Positions 39,897 to 49,544 are shown, counted from the first letter of the stretch. The stretch is DNA of 64,000 bases from an uncultured Chloroflexia bacterium (GCA_963763125.1 CAVXMV010000005.1:1037562-1101561), one strand, 5' to 3'. Notes: a model not told the origin generated them from the sequence alone. Numbers and translations: made by a program.

Positions 39897-40784
39897 ATGG
39901 CCCTGACCAAAACCGAAGCCGCCCGCCTATCCAACGACTTGCTGATCCGCGGGGTTATCGAAACCATCGTCAAGGATTCTGCAATCCTCCAGTTCCTGCC
40001 GTTCATGGAGGTCACCGGCACGTCTGTCCGCTACACCCGGGAAGCCACCATGCCGAGCGCCAGCTTCTACAACGCCGGCGGAACCTGGAACGAGGCCGTG
40101 CCGACCTGGACCAATCACACCGCGGAGCTCAAGATCCTCGGTGGCGACGCCGATGTCGACAACTTTCTCCAGGCAACCTACTCGGACACCAACGACATTG
40201 AGGCCGAGATTATCGCCAACCGCGCCAAGTCGATCGCCCACAAGTTCAGCGAAACCTTCATCGTTGGCGATTCAACCGTCGACATCAACGCCTTCGACGG
40301 CATCCGCAAGTTGATCCCCGTCGGCCAGACCAAAAACGTCGGAGTTAACGGCGGCGCCCTCACCCTGCCCCTGCTCGACGAACTCGTCGACATGGTCAAG
40401 CCCGGCAAGCCCGAGCTCCTGCTGATGTCCCGCCGCACCAGGCGCGGACTCAAGCAACTGCGCCGCACGGCCGGCCCGGTGATCGAGACGTCCGTTTCCC
40501 AGTTCGGGGAACAAGTCGAAACCTACGAAGGGATCCCGATCGTCGTCGACGATTTCATGCCCGATAACGAGGCGCTCGGGGCCGGAACCAACCTGAGCTC
40601 GATCTACGCCCTCAAGTTTGGGCTTTCAACGGGATTGATGGGTCTCGAACACGGCGGTATCACGGTCGAAAACGTTGGGGAGCTGGAAACCAAGGACGCC
40701 ACGCGAACCCGCCTCAAATGGTATTGCGGTCTTTCACTGATGAGCGAACTTGGGGTCGCTCGCCTCCAGGGCATCACTGCCTGA
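39897..40784 (+). CDS. HK97-fold major capsid protein-like (295 aa, no delta domain)
   Basis: 'LTLPLLDELVDMVKPGKPELLLMSRRTRRGLKQL', 'YEGIPIVVDDFMP' and C-terminal 'TRTRLKWYCGLSLMSELGVARLQGI' follow the layout of phage HK97-family capsid proteins. RBS agagggggg. Confidence 0.75.
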   Translation: MALTKTEAARLSNDLLIRGVIETIVKDSAILQFLPFMEVTGTSVRYTREATMPSASFYNAGGTWNEAVPTWTNHTAELKILGGDADVDNFLQATYSDTNDIEAEIIANRAKSIAHKFSETFIVGDSTVDINAFDGIRKLIPVGQTKNVGVNGGALTLPLLDELVDMVKPGKPELLLMSRRTRRGLKQLRRTAGPVIETSVSQFGEQVETYEGIPIVVDDFMPDNEALGAGTNLSSIYALKFGLSTGLMGLEHGGITVENVGELETKDATRTRLKWYCGLSLMSELGVARLQGITA

Positions 40785-40841
40785 CACCGCTCAACTCGGC
40801 AGCGATCACGGCCGGTCAGAACAGGGCTGACATCGACACAT

Positions 40842-40870
40842 TGGCCGCCACAAGGGCAGCCACTACCTGG
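40842..40870 (+). repeat. REP-like element, family A (variant)
   Basis: tggccgccacaagggcagccactacctgg, between the capsid stop and the terminator. Confidence 0.65.
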
Positions 40871-40907
40871 GTGAAGGCGAGCCATGGCCCGCCCACATCT
40901 CACATCC

Positions 40908-40942
40908 GCAAAACACCATGCCTGTTCGGCATGGTGTTTTGC
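40908..40942 (+). terminator. strong rho-independent terminator ending the capsid bicistron
   Basis: gcaaaacaccatgcc-tgttc-ggcatggtgttttgc gives a perfect 15-bp stem with a TTTT run in the 3' arm. Confidence 0.8.
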
Positions 40943-41210
40943 TGTGCCCGGATACCGGGGAGCACGGGATGGACCATTCCAGAACCGACGAAACGAACAA
41001 GGTCCAGCCTGAACCCAACAAAACCAATGGACAACTGAATGGCCTGCGGCAGATACTATCCATTGCGGCAATTATTCATCATAATGCGTTGATGCAGGTG
41101 TTGTATCGACGCTGATGGTAACGTGTTCCAGGTGGCAGATCGCGCTCGCGTAACGGTTGGCAGCGACCAGCCACGGATTTGGTTGTATGCATTCGTCCAA
41201 AGGGGGTTCC

Positions 41211-41411
41211 ATGAGCGGTGGCAAGTTGGTTCTGATCTGGATCCTGTGTGTGATCGTTGGGGCGGCTGCCGGGTTTGGCATCGGATGGCTTCTCTGGAAG
41301 CTGGGATTTGAATTAATTGGGAGTGCAGTGGCGTTGGTCGGCGCCGGGGTTGGCGGGATTGTCACGTTCTTCTGGTTCATGAACTGGCAGGAGGGGCGAT
41401 CGAGAACGTAG
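41211..41411 (+). CDS. small two-TM membrane protein (66 aa)
   Basis: aaaggggg RBS. TM segments 'LVLIWILCVIVGAAAGFGIGWLLW' and 'AVALVGAGVGGIVTFFWF'. Confidence 0.5.
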   Translation: MSGGKLVLIWILCVIVGAAAGFGIGWLLWKLGFELIGSAVALVGAGVGGIVTFFWFMNWQEGRSRT

Positions 41412-41881
41412 TGACCCGGCTACACCTACAAGGACACTCTGCGAACGCTGATTCATGGACGATTCGGGGCAGGGTTGGTCGACGCAGTCGCGTCGACCAA
41501 CCACCGCCTCGCCCCTGCCGGCCGCGATGCCGGGCAGTAGGTGATGCCTTCCGGTTTGACGCCGGAGTCGAGGAAAGACTGCGCTGCCATCGATTCGCAC
41601 GCCCCATCCAACCATCATCTGGCGAGGCCTGCCGCCTGCGAATGACTACATCAAGTTGCGCATGACTCAATAATCATCCCCGTCCATTCTCCAGGCACAG
41701 TCGAAGGTTCCATTCAGGCCAGCGGATCATGTCGCACCCGGCACGACTCCCGCTGGAAGCCCTGCGGCATGGATAAGGGTCCCTGCACGCGAGCGGCGCA
41801 ACGTGTGATTCACCATCGGGCTGCTCTAGCTTGTACCCTTGCAGGGACACATGAACGGCACAACGATAATGGAGAAACACG

Positions 41882-43018
41882 ATGAGCGACGCCATTTTGG
41901 AACATGAACGCTTCGCCGGGATCAAGGGCAAGGACCCACAGCTGGAGGTGCTTGCCGCAGCACCGCTCGTGCTGTCAACTCCGGTCAGTTTGCTCGGCGA
42001 ACAGCGGATAACGGACAAGAAGGTGTTGTACGTTCGCAACATTCAGGACCTGCCCGAGGGCATGACCATGGAGCCCTTGCCAATAGCTGGCTGGGAGATC
42101 GAGCTGGCCGGACTGATCGAACCTTCGCGAGTCGTCATTCGCGCTGAAGATTTGCTCGAGATGGACCAGGTCGAGTACGAGATGGTCCTCCAGTGTTCAG
42201 GCAACGGCCGGACTCAATACGCGGACACCAAGGGAACACGCTGGGGACAGGGCGGAGTGGCGAATGTTCGTTTCGCCGGCGTTCCGCTGTCGGCGGTACT
42301 CCGGAAGTACAACGTCATGGTCGATCCCGAAGTCAAGTACGTGACTGCCGAGGGCCACGACCTGCCTGTGGGAGCAGAGAAGCCGAAGCTTGAGCACAGT
42401 ATGCCGGTGGCAGACGTCCTGGAGACAAGCATCATTGCCCTGACGCTCAACGGGGAGGACCTGCCTGGTATCCACGGCGGGCCGGTGCGTCTGGTAACGC
42501 CGGGATTCTTCGGCACCATGCAGATCAAATGGCTCACGCGGTTGCGGTTCGAAACGGCCGAATCTCCCAGTTACTACCATGCGGAGGAGTATCGTGTGCC
42601 GCTCTCTCCCATTAAGCCGGGAGAAACGTTCACATTCACGATGGAGAACAGCAGACCAACCTGGTTCCTTCGGCTGATGAGTTACATCCTCGACCCGCTG
42701 CCCGGTGCGACGTTGAACGCGGGCGCTGTTACCGTCAGTGGCATCGCCTTCAACGATGGCGCGGCCCGGCTGGAGTCGGTGCTGGTGTCGTTTGACCGCG
42801 GCCACAGTTGGCAGTCGGCGGAGTTCAAGGCGTCCGACAGCCCGTATGCCTGGTATCCGTGGACGATCCAGAAGGATCTCCAGCCTGGTGTCCATGAGAT
42901 TTGGGCTCGCGCAATTGACGCGCTTGGCCGCAGCCAGCCGCTCGATGGCGCAATCTTCTGGAATCCGAACGGCTACGAGTGGACGGGTGTGTTCAAGCTG
43001 GAGGTGACGGTGAGCTAA
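41882..43018 (+). CDS. sulfite-oxidase-family molybdopterin oxidoreductase (catalytic plus dimerisation domains)
   Basis: Mo-ligand Cys context 'LQCSGNGR', 'HGGPVRLVTPGFFGTMQIKWL' and a C-terminal Ig-like Moco-dimer region. No signal peptide. Confidence 0.85.
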   Translation: MSDAILEHERFAGIKGKDPQLEVLAAAPLVLSTPVSLLGEQRITDKKVLYVRNIQDLPEGMTMEPLPIAGWEIELAGLIEPSRVVIRAEDLLEMDQVEYEMVLQCSGNGRTQYADTKGTRWGQGGVANVRFAGVPLSAVLRKYNVMVDPEVKYVTAEGHDLPVGAEKPKLEHSMPVADVLETSIIALTLNGEDLPGIHGGPVRLVTPGFFGTMQIKWLTRLRFETAESPSYYHAEEYRVPLSPIKPGETFTFTMENSRPTWFLRLMSYILDPLPGATLNAGAVTVSGIAFNDGAARLESVLVSFDRGHSWQSAEFKASDSPYAWYPWTIQKDLQPGVHEIWARAIDALGRSQPLDGAIFWNPNGYEWTGVFKLEVTVS

Positions 43019-43178
43019 CAAAGTCACCGGGCGGCGCGTTGCGCCTGCCGAGGCTTGTGGTTCACCCATTCAGCCCATGACTAACGCATTCACCGGCAGG
43101 ATCGAGAAGATCACGATTCGCCACATGGATTGATCAGAACCGGAGTTCACTCCAGTTCTTGACTTGATCAGCAACCAG

Positions 43179-43203
43179 ACAGGCGGCCTAGCGGGCCGCC
43201 TGT
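43179..43203 (+). terminator. GC hairpin (candidate terminator)
   Basis: acaggcggcc-tagcg-ggccgcctgt, a 10-bp stem. The T tract is weak. Confidence 0.5.
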
Positions 43204-43215
43204 TGGCAATTGACG

Positions 43216-43252
43216 CAACAGGCCTGACCGACTGATCGGTCAGGCCTGTTGG
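43216..43252. terminator. long hairpin between convergent genes (candidate terminator)
   Basis: caacaggcctgaccga-ctga-tcggtcaggcctgttg, a 16-bp stem. Confidence 0.6.
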
Positions 43253-43282
43253 GATGTCAGTCAGCGAAGGATCGATATTGGG

Positions 43283-44041
43283 CTAGCTGACCGGGGTGGC
43301 CACCGGGGTAGCCTCTGGGGTCGCCTCCGACGCGGCGATCGTATCGGTTTGCAGGACCTTGACCTCGACCGGCTTGTCACTCGACGTCGGATCGCCGATG
43401 ATGACCAGCTCGTACGACTTGCCGGCCTCGACCGTGAAGCCCGTGACCGCGGCGACCGAATCGCCGGTTTCCGCGAGCTGGATGTCAAGATCGTAGCTCC
43501 CGGCCGGAATGTCCATCGCTTCCGAAGTCTTGGGGTAGGCGATGGAAACGGGCGTATCCATCCCGCTAATGACCACGTTGACAGCCGGCGTGCTGACCGA
43601 GGCCTGGGTAAACTGGACCCGGCCCGTGTCAGCGGGCAGTGCAGCCGTGTCGAATGCGCCGGCCAGGATCAGGGCGTCGCTGATCACCAAATAGAAGTCG
43701 TTGCCTGCGGGAGCCGGATAGACGGCATCGAAGAGAATATAATTGAAGCCGGTACGCTCGGCCGTGATGGTGACCTGGACCGCCCCCGCCTCAATGTCGA
43801 CCCAGTCACTCACGTCGCCATAGCCGAACTCCTCGAGCTCACCTTGGCCGTTGATATGGACCTCGACCTCCCCGATATCTGTTGCTCCGTGCAGGAACTG
43901 CACGCGCGTCGCCAGTGCGTCGCTATCCTGGGCCGATGCGCCCGTGGCCGCGACCGGCGCGAAAATGGCTAACAGCAGCAACGCGAGCGCCGCCACAAGA
44001 TGAAATGGTCCGCCGTCAAACCGAGGTTTCCGATGAATCAT
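43283..44041 (-). CDS. secreted DUF4397-domain protein
   Basis: Signal/TM 'LVAALALLLLAIFAPVAA'. 'RVQFLHGATDIGEVEVHING' and 'RVQFTQASVSTPAVNVVISG' are duplicated DUF4397 beta repeats. GGAAGGAG RBS at the ATG at 44041. Confidence 0.8.
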   Translation of the reverse strand: MIHRKPRFDGGPFHLVAALALLLLAIFAPVAATGASAQDSDALATRVQFLHGATDIGEVEVHINGQGELEEFGYGDVSDWVDIEAGAVQVTITAERTGFNYILFDAVYPAPAGNDFYLVISDALILAGAFDTAALPADTGRVQFTQASVSTPAVNVVISGMDTPVSIAYPKTSEAMDIPAGSYDLDIQLAETGDSVAAVTGFTVEAGKSYELVIIGDPTSSDKPVEVKVLQTDTIAASEATPEATPVATPVS

Positions 44042-44616
44042 GGCCTCATGCTCCTTCCCTAACGACAAGAGACGCAACGTGGTTTGGATACTGGGCAAGT
44101 GGGTTATGTGGGCTTGCCTACCTGTCATCGTAACAATTTTTGTTGGGGGAATGCAAGGCACAACAGGGATTGTGTCGTAGCCGAAAAGGTGAACACGCCA
44201 TAGGATCATTTTCCGGAGACGCTACCCCTTCCAGCGGATAGACCGATCGCCGGTACGCCGCCATCGAACGGAAGCGCGTTGTTTGGGGGTGAAATTCGAA
44301 TAGAGTGGCAGTATTTGATGGGCACTTCTCGCTTCTCGCTGTGCCTTCCCCAGCCTCCGTGCCTAACGGATATCCGGAAGGTGCATGTAGAATGGTGCTT
44401 TTTGGGTCGTGATTCAGCATAATGACATGACGAGAAACCAGATACCTATTCAAGATCTGGTCTTTCATCAGGCTGGTCCGTCCAGAATCTATTGCAGCTT
44501 CGGGCGCGGCTGAAGGGGGGGCAGTCCCGTAGCGATCCGAATGGAATCCATGACAAACTGAATCATTTTGGCGAGGCGCGTTGGCCTCGGTTGCGAGATC
44601 CGGAGGTGAATTGTCC

Positions 44617-45039
44617 ATGACATTTGGCCCAATTGATTTCATCGTCTTGCGGTTTCCCGGCAACAACTTTTCCGGCGAGATCGTGCCGGCGCTGAAGGCT
44701 GTTGTGGATGCGGGAACGATCCGCATCATCGATTTGTTGTTTCTCGCCAAGAACAGTGATGGCGATTCCGCGGTAGTCGAAATCACGGACCTCGACGAAG
44801 ACGCCTACCTCGGGTGGGACCCGATCGTGAGTGACATCTCCGGCTACCTGACCGAGGATGACGCGATGCTGATCGCGGACTCGCTGGAACCGAACAGCTC
44901 GGCGGCGCTGATGCTGTTCGAGAACATGTGGGCGCTCCAGTTGGTGCAGGCGATTGCCAATGCCAACGGCGAGGTCCTGATCAGCGAGCGGATTCCGCGC
45001 GCCGTGATTGAAGAATTGGTTGCCGTTCAGGAGGCGTAA
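44617..45039 (+). CDS. DUF6325-family protein
   Basis: 'MTFGPIDFIVLRFPGNNFSGEIVPALKAVVDAGTIRIIDLLFLAKNSDG' matches the remembered DUF6325 N-terminal pattern. GGAGGTG RBS. Confidence 0.6.
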   Translation: MTFGPIDFIVLRFPGNNFSGEIVPALKAVVDAGTIRIIDLLFLAKNSDGDSAVVEITDLDEDAYLGWDPIVSDISGYLTEDDAMLIADSLEPNSSAALMLFENMWALQLVQAIANANGEVLISERIPRAVIEELVAVQEA

Positions 45040-45067
45040 GTCACGCCGCACGAGAGAGGATACCGAG

Positions 45068-45466
45068 ATGATGAGACGACGAGCGATGCCGGGACGGCGA
45101 GGACGAGGACTGGTGGGGGCGATCGCCACGACGGCGGTCGTCGCAGGCACGGCGACGGTGACCCACAATGCGATCAACCGCCACCAGCAGGGTAAGCAAG
45201 ACGCGGCGCAGCAGGAAGCCTACGAGGAACAAGGCGGGCAGCAGGAAGCCGACGAGCAACAGCAGTTGGCCGATATGCAGCAGCAGATGGCCGATCTCCA
45301 GGCCCAGCAGGTCCAGGCCCAGGTGGCCCCGGCGGCACCAGTTGCCGCCGCTCCGGCTGGGACCGACATGATGGCCCAACTCACCCAGCTTGGGCAATTG
45401 CAACAGAGCGGGATACTGTCACCAGAAGAGTTCACTGCGGCCAAGGCAAAACTCCTCGGCATGTAA
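45068..45466 (+). CDS. SHOCT-domain protein with a Q-rich linker
   Basis: An N-terminal TM segment, a poly-Q/E low-complexity region, and a C-terminal 'LTQLGQLQQSGILSPEEFTAAKAKLLG' (SHOCT). Confidence 0.75.
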   Translation: MMRRRAMPGRRGRGLVGAIATTAVVAGTATVTHNAINRHQQGKQDAAQQEAYEEQGGQQEADEQQQLADMQQQMADLQAQQVQAQVAPAAPVAAAPAGTDMMAQLTQLGQLQQSGILSPEEFTAAKAKLLGM

Positions 45467-45547
45467 AACCGATTCCGCCCGGTGTGGACGACACCGGGCG
45501 GAATCGGGACGGGTGGTGGGTGGGAACCCATAAGGGGGGAGCGCGGC

Positions 45548-46195
45548 ATGGATATTCTGCTTGGCATTCTGCTGGTGGTGCTCGGTCTGGGGATCACCTT
45601 CATGGGGATCCAGGTCTTCTTCGTGACCTTGCCGATCCTCGGCTTCATCTTTGGCTTCTTCTTCGGCGCCGTGGGCTGGGAGGCGCTCTTCGGGGATGGC
45701 TTCCTGAGCACCGTCACCGGCTGGATCGTGGGCGGCGTGGTCGGGCTGGTGTTCGCCCTGATCTCCTGGTTCTTTTGGTACGCCGGGGTCCTCCTGGCGG
45801 CCGGGGCGTGGGGGGCGGCGCTCGGCAGCGGGCTCGTCGAAGCCTTCGGGGGCGATGCCGAGTGGCTGCTCTTCACGGCCGCGCTGCTGGGCTTCATCGC
45901 CCTGATCGCGGTCACCTTCCTGCTCAACCTGCCGATCTACCTGGTGATCGTGAACACCGCCTTTGCGGGGGCAACGATCCTGATCACGGGGATCCTGCTG
46001 GTCTTCAACCAGGTCAACTACGAGCAGATCGGGTACGGGACGGCGGTCACGATCATCCAGGAGTCGTGGTGGTGGGTGCTGGTCTGGGCCGTGGTCTCGG
46101 CGGCCGGGATGGTGTTCCAGCTGGCGATGAAGGCGGCGGTCCGGTTGCCAGAGGAGCGCTGGGTCAGTGCCGGGTCGGCCTCGACCTACGCCTGA
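45548..46195 (+). CDS. polytopic membrane protein, DUF4203 (TMEM198-like)
   Basis: Seven hydrophobic helices rich in GxxxG. A paralogue lies at 49558-50157. Confidence 0.6.
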   Translation: MDILLGILLVVLGLGITFMGIQVFFVTLPILGFIFGFFFGAVGWEALFGDGFLSTVTGWIVGGVVGLVFALISWFFWYAGVLLAAGAWGAALGSGLVEAFGGDAEWLLFTAALLGFIALIAVTFLLNLPIYLVIVNTAFAGATILITGILLVFNQVNYEQIGYGTAVTIIQESWWWVLVWAVVSAAGMVFQLAMKAAVRLPEERWVSAGSASTYA

Positions 46196-46261
46196 CCGGA
46201 TACGCGCGTGCGGGGGGGTGCGCATTGAGGCGCCCGTCCCCGCAAGAAGGAGGGCGGGAAC

Positions 46262-46924
46262 ATGGAAGAACGCGCCAAGGGGTTGATGAACCAGGGAGCA
46301 CCCTGGAAAAAGGATGTGAAGTGGCCGATCGTCGCCGTCGAGGCGGCCGTGCTGATTGTGGTTGGCGGTTTCATCCTGTTCAATAAGGACACGGCAAGTG
46401 ACGTGATCCTGCCATTGATCGGGGTCGTGTTGCTGGTCACCAGTGCGGTGGTTGCGCTGGCCAGCTTTCGGGAGGTGGGGACCAGCCTCGGCTTCTACGA
46501 TGCCTTCCGGGCCGGAATCGGGATCACTGCCGGAGCCATTGCGACCGCCAGCTGGTGGTCGGAGTACATCGCCGATCACGCGGTGCGGATCATCCTCGGC
46601 TGGGGGTTGGTCGCCTATGGCGTGCTGCACATCGTGGGCGTGGTCGTGGTCCGGGGACGGGCCGGTCTTCGCCTGAGCGTGATGATCACCGTGGGCCTGA
46701 CCCTCGTGCTCGGCATTTTGCTGCTCACCGGCGACGATACCGCGTCTGATAGTCGATTGAACCTGCTGGGCACCGTGCTGCTGGTGTTCGGGCTGCTGCT
46801 GGCGGCCCTGGCGTATTACATCTACAATGGCGCATCGAAAGGGGCTGCCCCGAATGAGCCGACCACCGCTGCAGCCCCGGAGGTGGCAGTTGAGGGAGAA
46901 GGAACCGATACCAAATCAGCGTGA
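46262..46924 (+). CDS. DUF308/HdeD-like membrane protein
   Basis: Repeated pairs of TM helices ('AAVLIVVGGFILF', 'LIGVVLLVTSAVVAL' and others), as in HdeD-family proteins. Confidence 0.55.
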   Translation: MEERAKGLMNQGAPWKKDVKWPIVAVEAAVLIVVGGFILFNKDTASDVILPLIGVVLLVTSAVVALASFREVGTSLGFYDAFRAGIGITAGAIATASWWSEYIADHAVRIILGWGLVAYGVLHIVGVVVVRGRAGLRLSVMITVGLTLVLGILLLTGDDTASDSRLNLLGTVLLVFGLLLAALAYYIYNGASKGAAPNEPTTAAAPEVAVEGEGTDTKSA

Positions 46925-46968
46925 CCCGATCGAAGATTGCCCACAATGGCGAAAGGATACCTTCACCA

Positions 46969-47469
46969 ATGATTGAGCAAATTGACTACCTGTTCTTTGC
47001 CGTATTCGACGACGAGAAGAGTGCCGGTGTTGCCGCGTCCGCGATCAAGGATGTGGCCAAGGAAGAGGATGTCAACATCGATGGCCTGGCCGCCGTACAT
47101 CGCGACGAGCATGGTCGCGTCCATCTTCACGAGATCGGCGACATCACCGGATCCCAGGGCGCGGTGCGCGGCGGGATCGTGGGCGGGCTGATTGGATTAC
47201 TCTTCCCGCCCGCCATTCTCGGATCCGCGGCCCTCGGTGCTGCTATTGGCGGGGTGATCGCCAAGTTCCATGACAAGGGTTTCAAAACCGGCGAGTTGCA
47301 TAGCCTGGGCGAGGAACTTGGCAAGGGCCAATCCGCCGTGATCTTCGTTGGCGATGAGACCACAAAGGAAGCGGTGAGCGAGCAACTGAAGGGCGCGGAG
47401 AGCGTCAAGCAAGAACCGGTGACGCCGGAACTGAAGGACCAGGTCGCCGAGTTCGAGGGCGTGCTGTAG
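46969..47469 (+). CDS. DUF1269-like membrane protein
   Basis: A soluble N-terminal domain, a glycine-zipper TM 'GGIVGGLIGLLFPPAILGSAALGAAIGGVIA', and a C-terminal domain. The layout is the same as the 53831-54316 product. Confidence 0.6.
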   Translation: MIEQIDYLFFAVFDDEKSAGVAASAIKDVAKEEDVNIDGLAAVHRDEHGRVHLHEIGDITGSQGAVRGGIVGGLIGLLFPPAILGSAALGAAIGGVIAKFHDKGFKTGELHSLGEELGKGQSAVIFVGDETTKEAVSEQLKGAESVKQEPVTPELKDQVAEFEGVL

Positions 47470-47520
47470 CGTCGAAGGTTGTCACCGGCACAGGTGGCGA
47501 TGAACCTTGTGGCAAACATG

Positions 47521-47554
47521 AACGGCCCGACTGGATCGATCCAGCCGGGCCGTT
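47521..47554. terminator. bidirectional terminator hairpin between convergent operons
   Basis: aacggcccg-a-ctggatcgatccag-c-cgggccgtt, followed by tcgtgt. Confidence 0.7.
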
Positions 47555-47582
47555 TCGTGTGGCCCAGGATGGCCGCCTCCGG

Positions 47583-49544
47583 TCAGTCCGCCCCAGCGGT
47601 TGACGGTGACGGCATCTCGACCACGGGAGCGTCGGACGTCGCCGGTTCCAGGGCGCTCCCGTGTTTCTGGAGTTCGCGGTAGAGGATGGTGAATCCCAGA
47701 ATCGAGAAGGGCAGGAACGCGGCGTACACGAGGCTGCTGATCGCGTTGGTGAACTCGACGGTTGATGAGCGGAAGATCAGGAAGAACAGCCCAACCAGTG
47801 GGCCCGGCGCGGCGCCAATGATCAGGAGCAACAACCCGATCCCGGCGACCCGCAGCCACTGGCGAACTCCGACCACTGCGTCGGCGCTGCGTCGCAGCGC
47901 GGCGCGATTGCGGCGATCGTCGAGCATCACCGCCTGCGGAATGAAGTACCATCGCACCCCAAGCCAGATCGCCACCGGAATCCCGATCACGACCAGGCAG
48001 AGCGGCACGAGCACCACCAGCATCAGGAGCACGGCTCGTGCGGTATTTGGCAATTGCCGGAAGGCCTCCTTGTAGACGCCGCCTATCGAGGCCGGCTTGT
48101 GGCGCTCGAATTTCCGGAAGGCTTCGATGATGGCCGGACCCGCGACGATGAGGCCCACGAGGTGCTGGAGCGTGCCGGCGAGAATCGCGGCGGCCAGGCT
48201 GCCCGAGTCGCTGCCTTCGTCCATCATCTGAAAGAGCTGTTCGCCCGGCGGGAACGAGCGGATCAGGTATTGGAAGCCATTGAAGATCAAGCCGACCGGA
48301 ATCAGGACCAGCCCGATCACGGCAAATGTCCGCCAGTGACGTCGATACATCGCCCAGGCTTCGCCGATCGTTTGGCGCGCGAGGGCGTAGAGGGCCATGA
48401 TCGCGGCGACCAGGCCCGCCACGAAGGCGATCACCGCCGCCGGGTTGTTGCCGAGTTCGGTGAAGAGGTTGGAGCCGAAGGTGGACAGTGTACAGAACAC
48501 TTCGGTCGGGCCTGGCCCAAGGGTTGACGAGGTGGGCACCTCCGTGCTGCTGTCGCGGAGACCTTCCTGCCAGGTAAACGGCGAGAGCCACTGCGTTTTC
48601 AGGCGGGGACCGGTCGGGCCGTTGTAATGACCGTGCTCCCGCTCCCCCCAACGGCCCTCGAAGGTCAGCCAGTCGAACTCACTGCCCTGTTCGGGAACCT
48701 GGTCGGGCAGGAGCACGGCGGTGAGGGGGACATCGGTGGTTGGGCTGGTGGTCGTATCGCAGCCGAAACCGGTGCCATTTTCACCCCACCCCAGATAGAC
48801 AGCGTTGCCATACTGGCTGGCATGACTGCCGGCGGCGGCATAGAAAACGACGTGGTCGCCATCCTTCCGGACCTTGCCGTCATCCCAGGCAGCGGTTTCC
48901 CCACCTCCATGCTGGGCGAGCGCGATTTCAACCGGATCGGTTTGCAGGGCTTCTTCCACCGTTGGCACATCCCACACCAACTGCATCATTTCCCAGTCGC
49001 TCTCGTGCTTGTTGTTGAAATCGTTGTAGACGTAAAAGAACCAGTACTGGACGGCCAGCTGGTTCAGGCCATTGCTCTTGATGTGTGCGTAGGTTGTTGG
49101 TACATGCCCAGGCATCCGGGCATCGAACCACTGCTCGTAGCCGCAGCCCGGATCTCGCGGATTGCCGGGAAAGTCGAGGTAATACTCGTCACCGAGCCCG
49201 GAGAGGTCGGCGGCGGTCGGTCCCTGCACGATCACCGGATCGGTGCTCGACGAGCCCCCTTCCTCATTCTGCTTGAGCGCGACATCCGGATCGTTGAACC
49301 AGACGTCGATCGGCGCGGGCACAAACGGCTCGCCATCTTCATCGCATGGCGCCGTCTGGGTTTTCAGTCCGGCGATCGGCGCGTACCGGTCGATCAGTTG
49401 CTGCTCAGCCGATATCGTGGCGCTATCCTGGGCGGTTGCCGAGCCTGGAGTGGCGAGCGGCATCATCGCGATAAGCGTTACGAACAGCAGCACAACGAGA
49501 ATCGTTGGACCCGGCGCCCAAAGGCGATGCCTGCTCATTTGCAA
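47583..49544 (-). CDS. fusion of a secreted Vps62/DUF946-like domain and a polytopic membrane domain
   Basis: Signal peptide. 'LAVQYWFFYVYNDFNNKHESDWEMMQL' matches the Vps62 (PF06101-like) core. The C-terminal 300 aa contain six or more TM helices. Confidence 0.7.
   Translation of the reverse strand: MQMSRHRLWAPGPTILVVLLFVTLIAMMPLATPGSATAQDSATISAEQQLIDRYAPIAGLKTQTAPCDEDGEPFVPAPIDVWFNDPDVALKQNEEGGSSSTDPVIVQGPTAADLSGLGDEYYLDFPGNPRDPGCGYEQWFDARMPGHVPTTYAHIKSNGLNQLAVQYWFFYVYNDFNNKHESDWEMMQLVWDVPTVEEALQTDPVEIALAQHGGGETAAWDDGKVRKDGDHVVFYAAAGSHASQYGNAVYLGWGENGTGFGCDTTTSPTTDVPLTAVLLPDQVPEQGSEFDWLTFEGRWGEREHGHYNGPTGPRLKTQWLSPFTWQEGLRDSSTEVPTSSTLGPGPTEVFCTLSTFGSNLFTELGNNPAAVIAFVAGLVAAIMALYALARQTIGEAWAMYRRHWRTFAVIGLVLIPVGLIFNGFQYLIRSFPPGEQLFQMMDEGSDSGSLAAAILAGTLQHLVGLIVAGPAIIEAFRKFERHKPASIGGVYKEAFRQLPNTARAVLLMLVVLVPLCLVVIGIPVAIWLGVRWYFIPQAVMLDDRRNRAALRRSADAVVGVRQWLRVAGIGLLLLIIGAAPGPLVGLFFLIFRSSTVEFTNAISSLVYAAFLPFSILGFTILYRELQKHGSALEPATSDAPVVEMPSPSTAGAD

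Noticed and set aside
39897-40784. Assignment of the capsid-like protein to classical (family 1, Linocin M18-like) encapsulins.
   Set aside because: The sequence does not resemble the family 1 encapsulins I can recall, such as the T. maritima protein. It looks like a phage HK97-type MCP, so only the generic HK97-fold call is made.
37600-41411. An intact or recently integrated prophage spanning the SH3b genes, capsid and small TM protein.
   Set aside because: No integrase, terminase, portal, protease, tail or lysin catalytic domain is present. The capsid pair has its own terminator. At most this is a relic or a domesticated module (see findings).
41412-41881. Possible Moco riboswitch upstream of the molybdoenzyme gene.
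   Set aside because: I could not find the conserved Moco-motif elements or a convincing multi-stem fold. The region also contains REP-type sequence.
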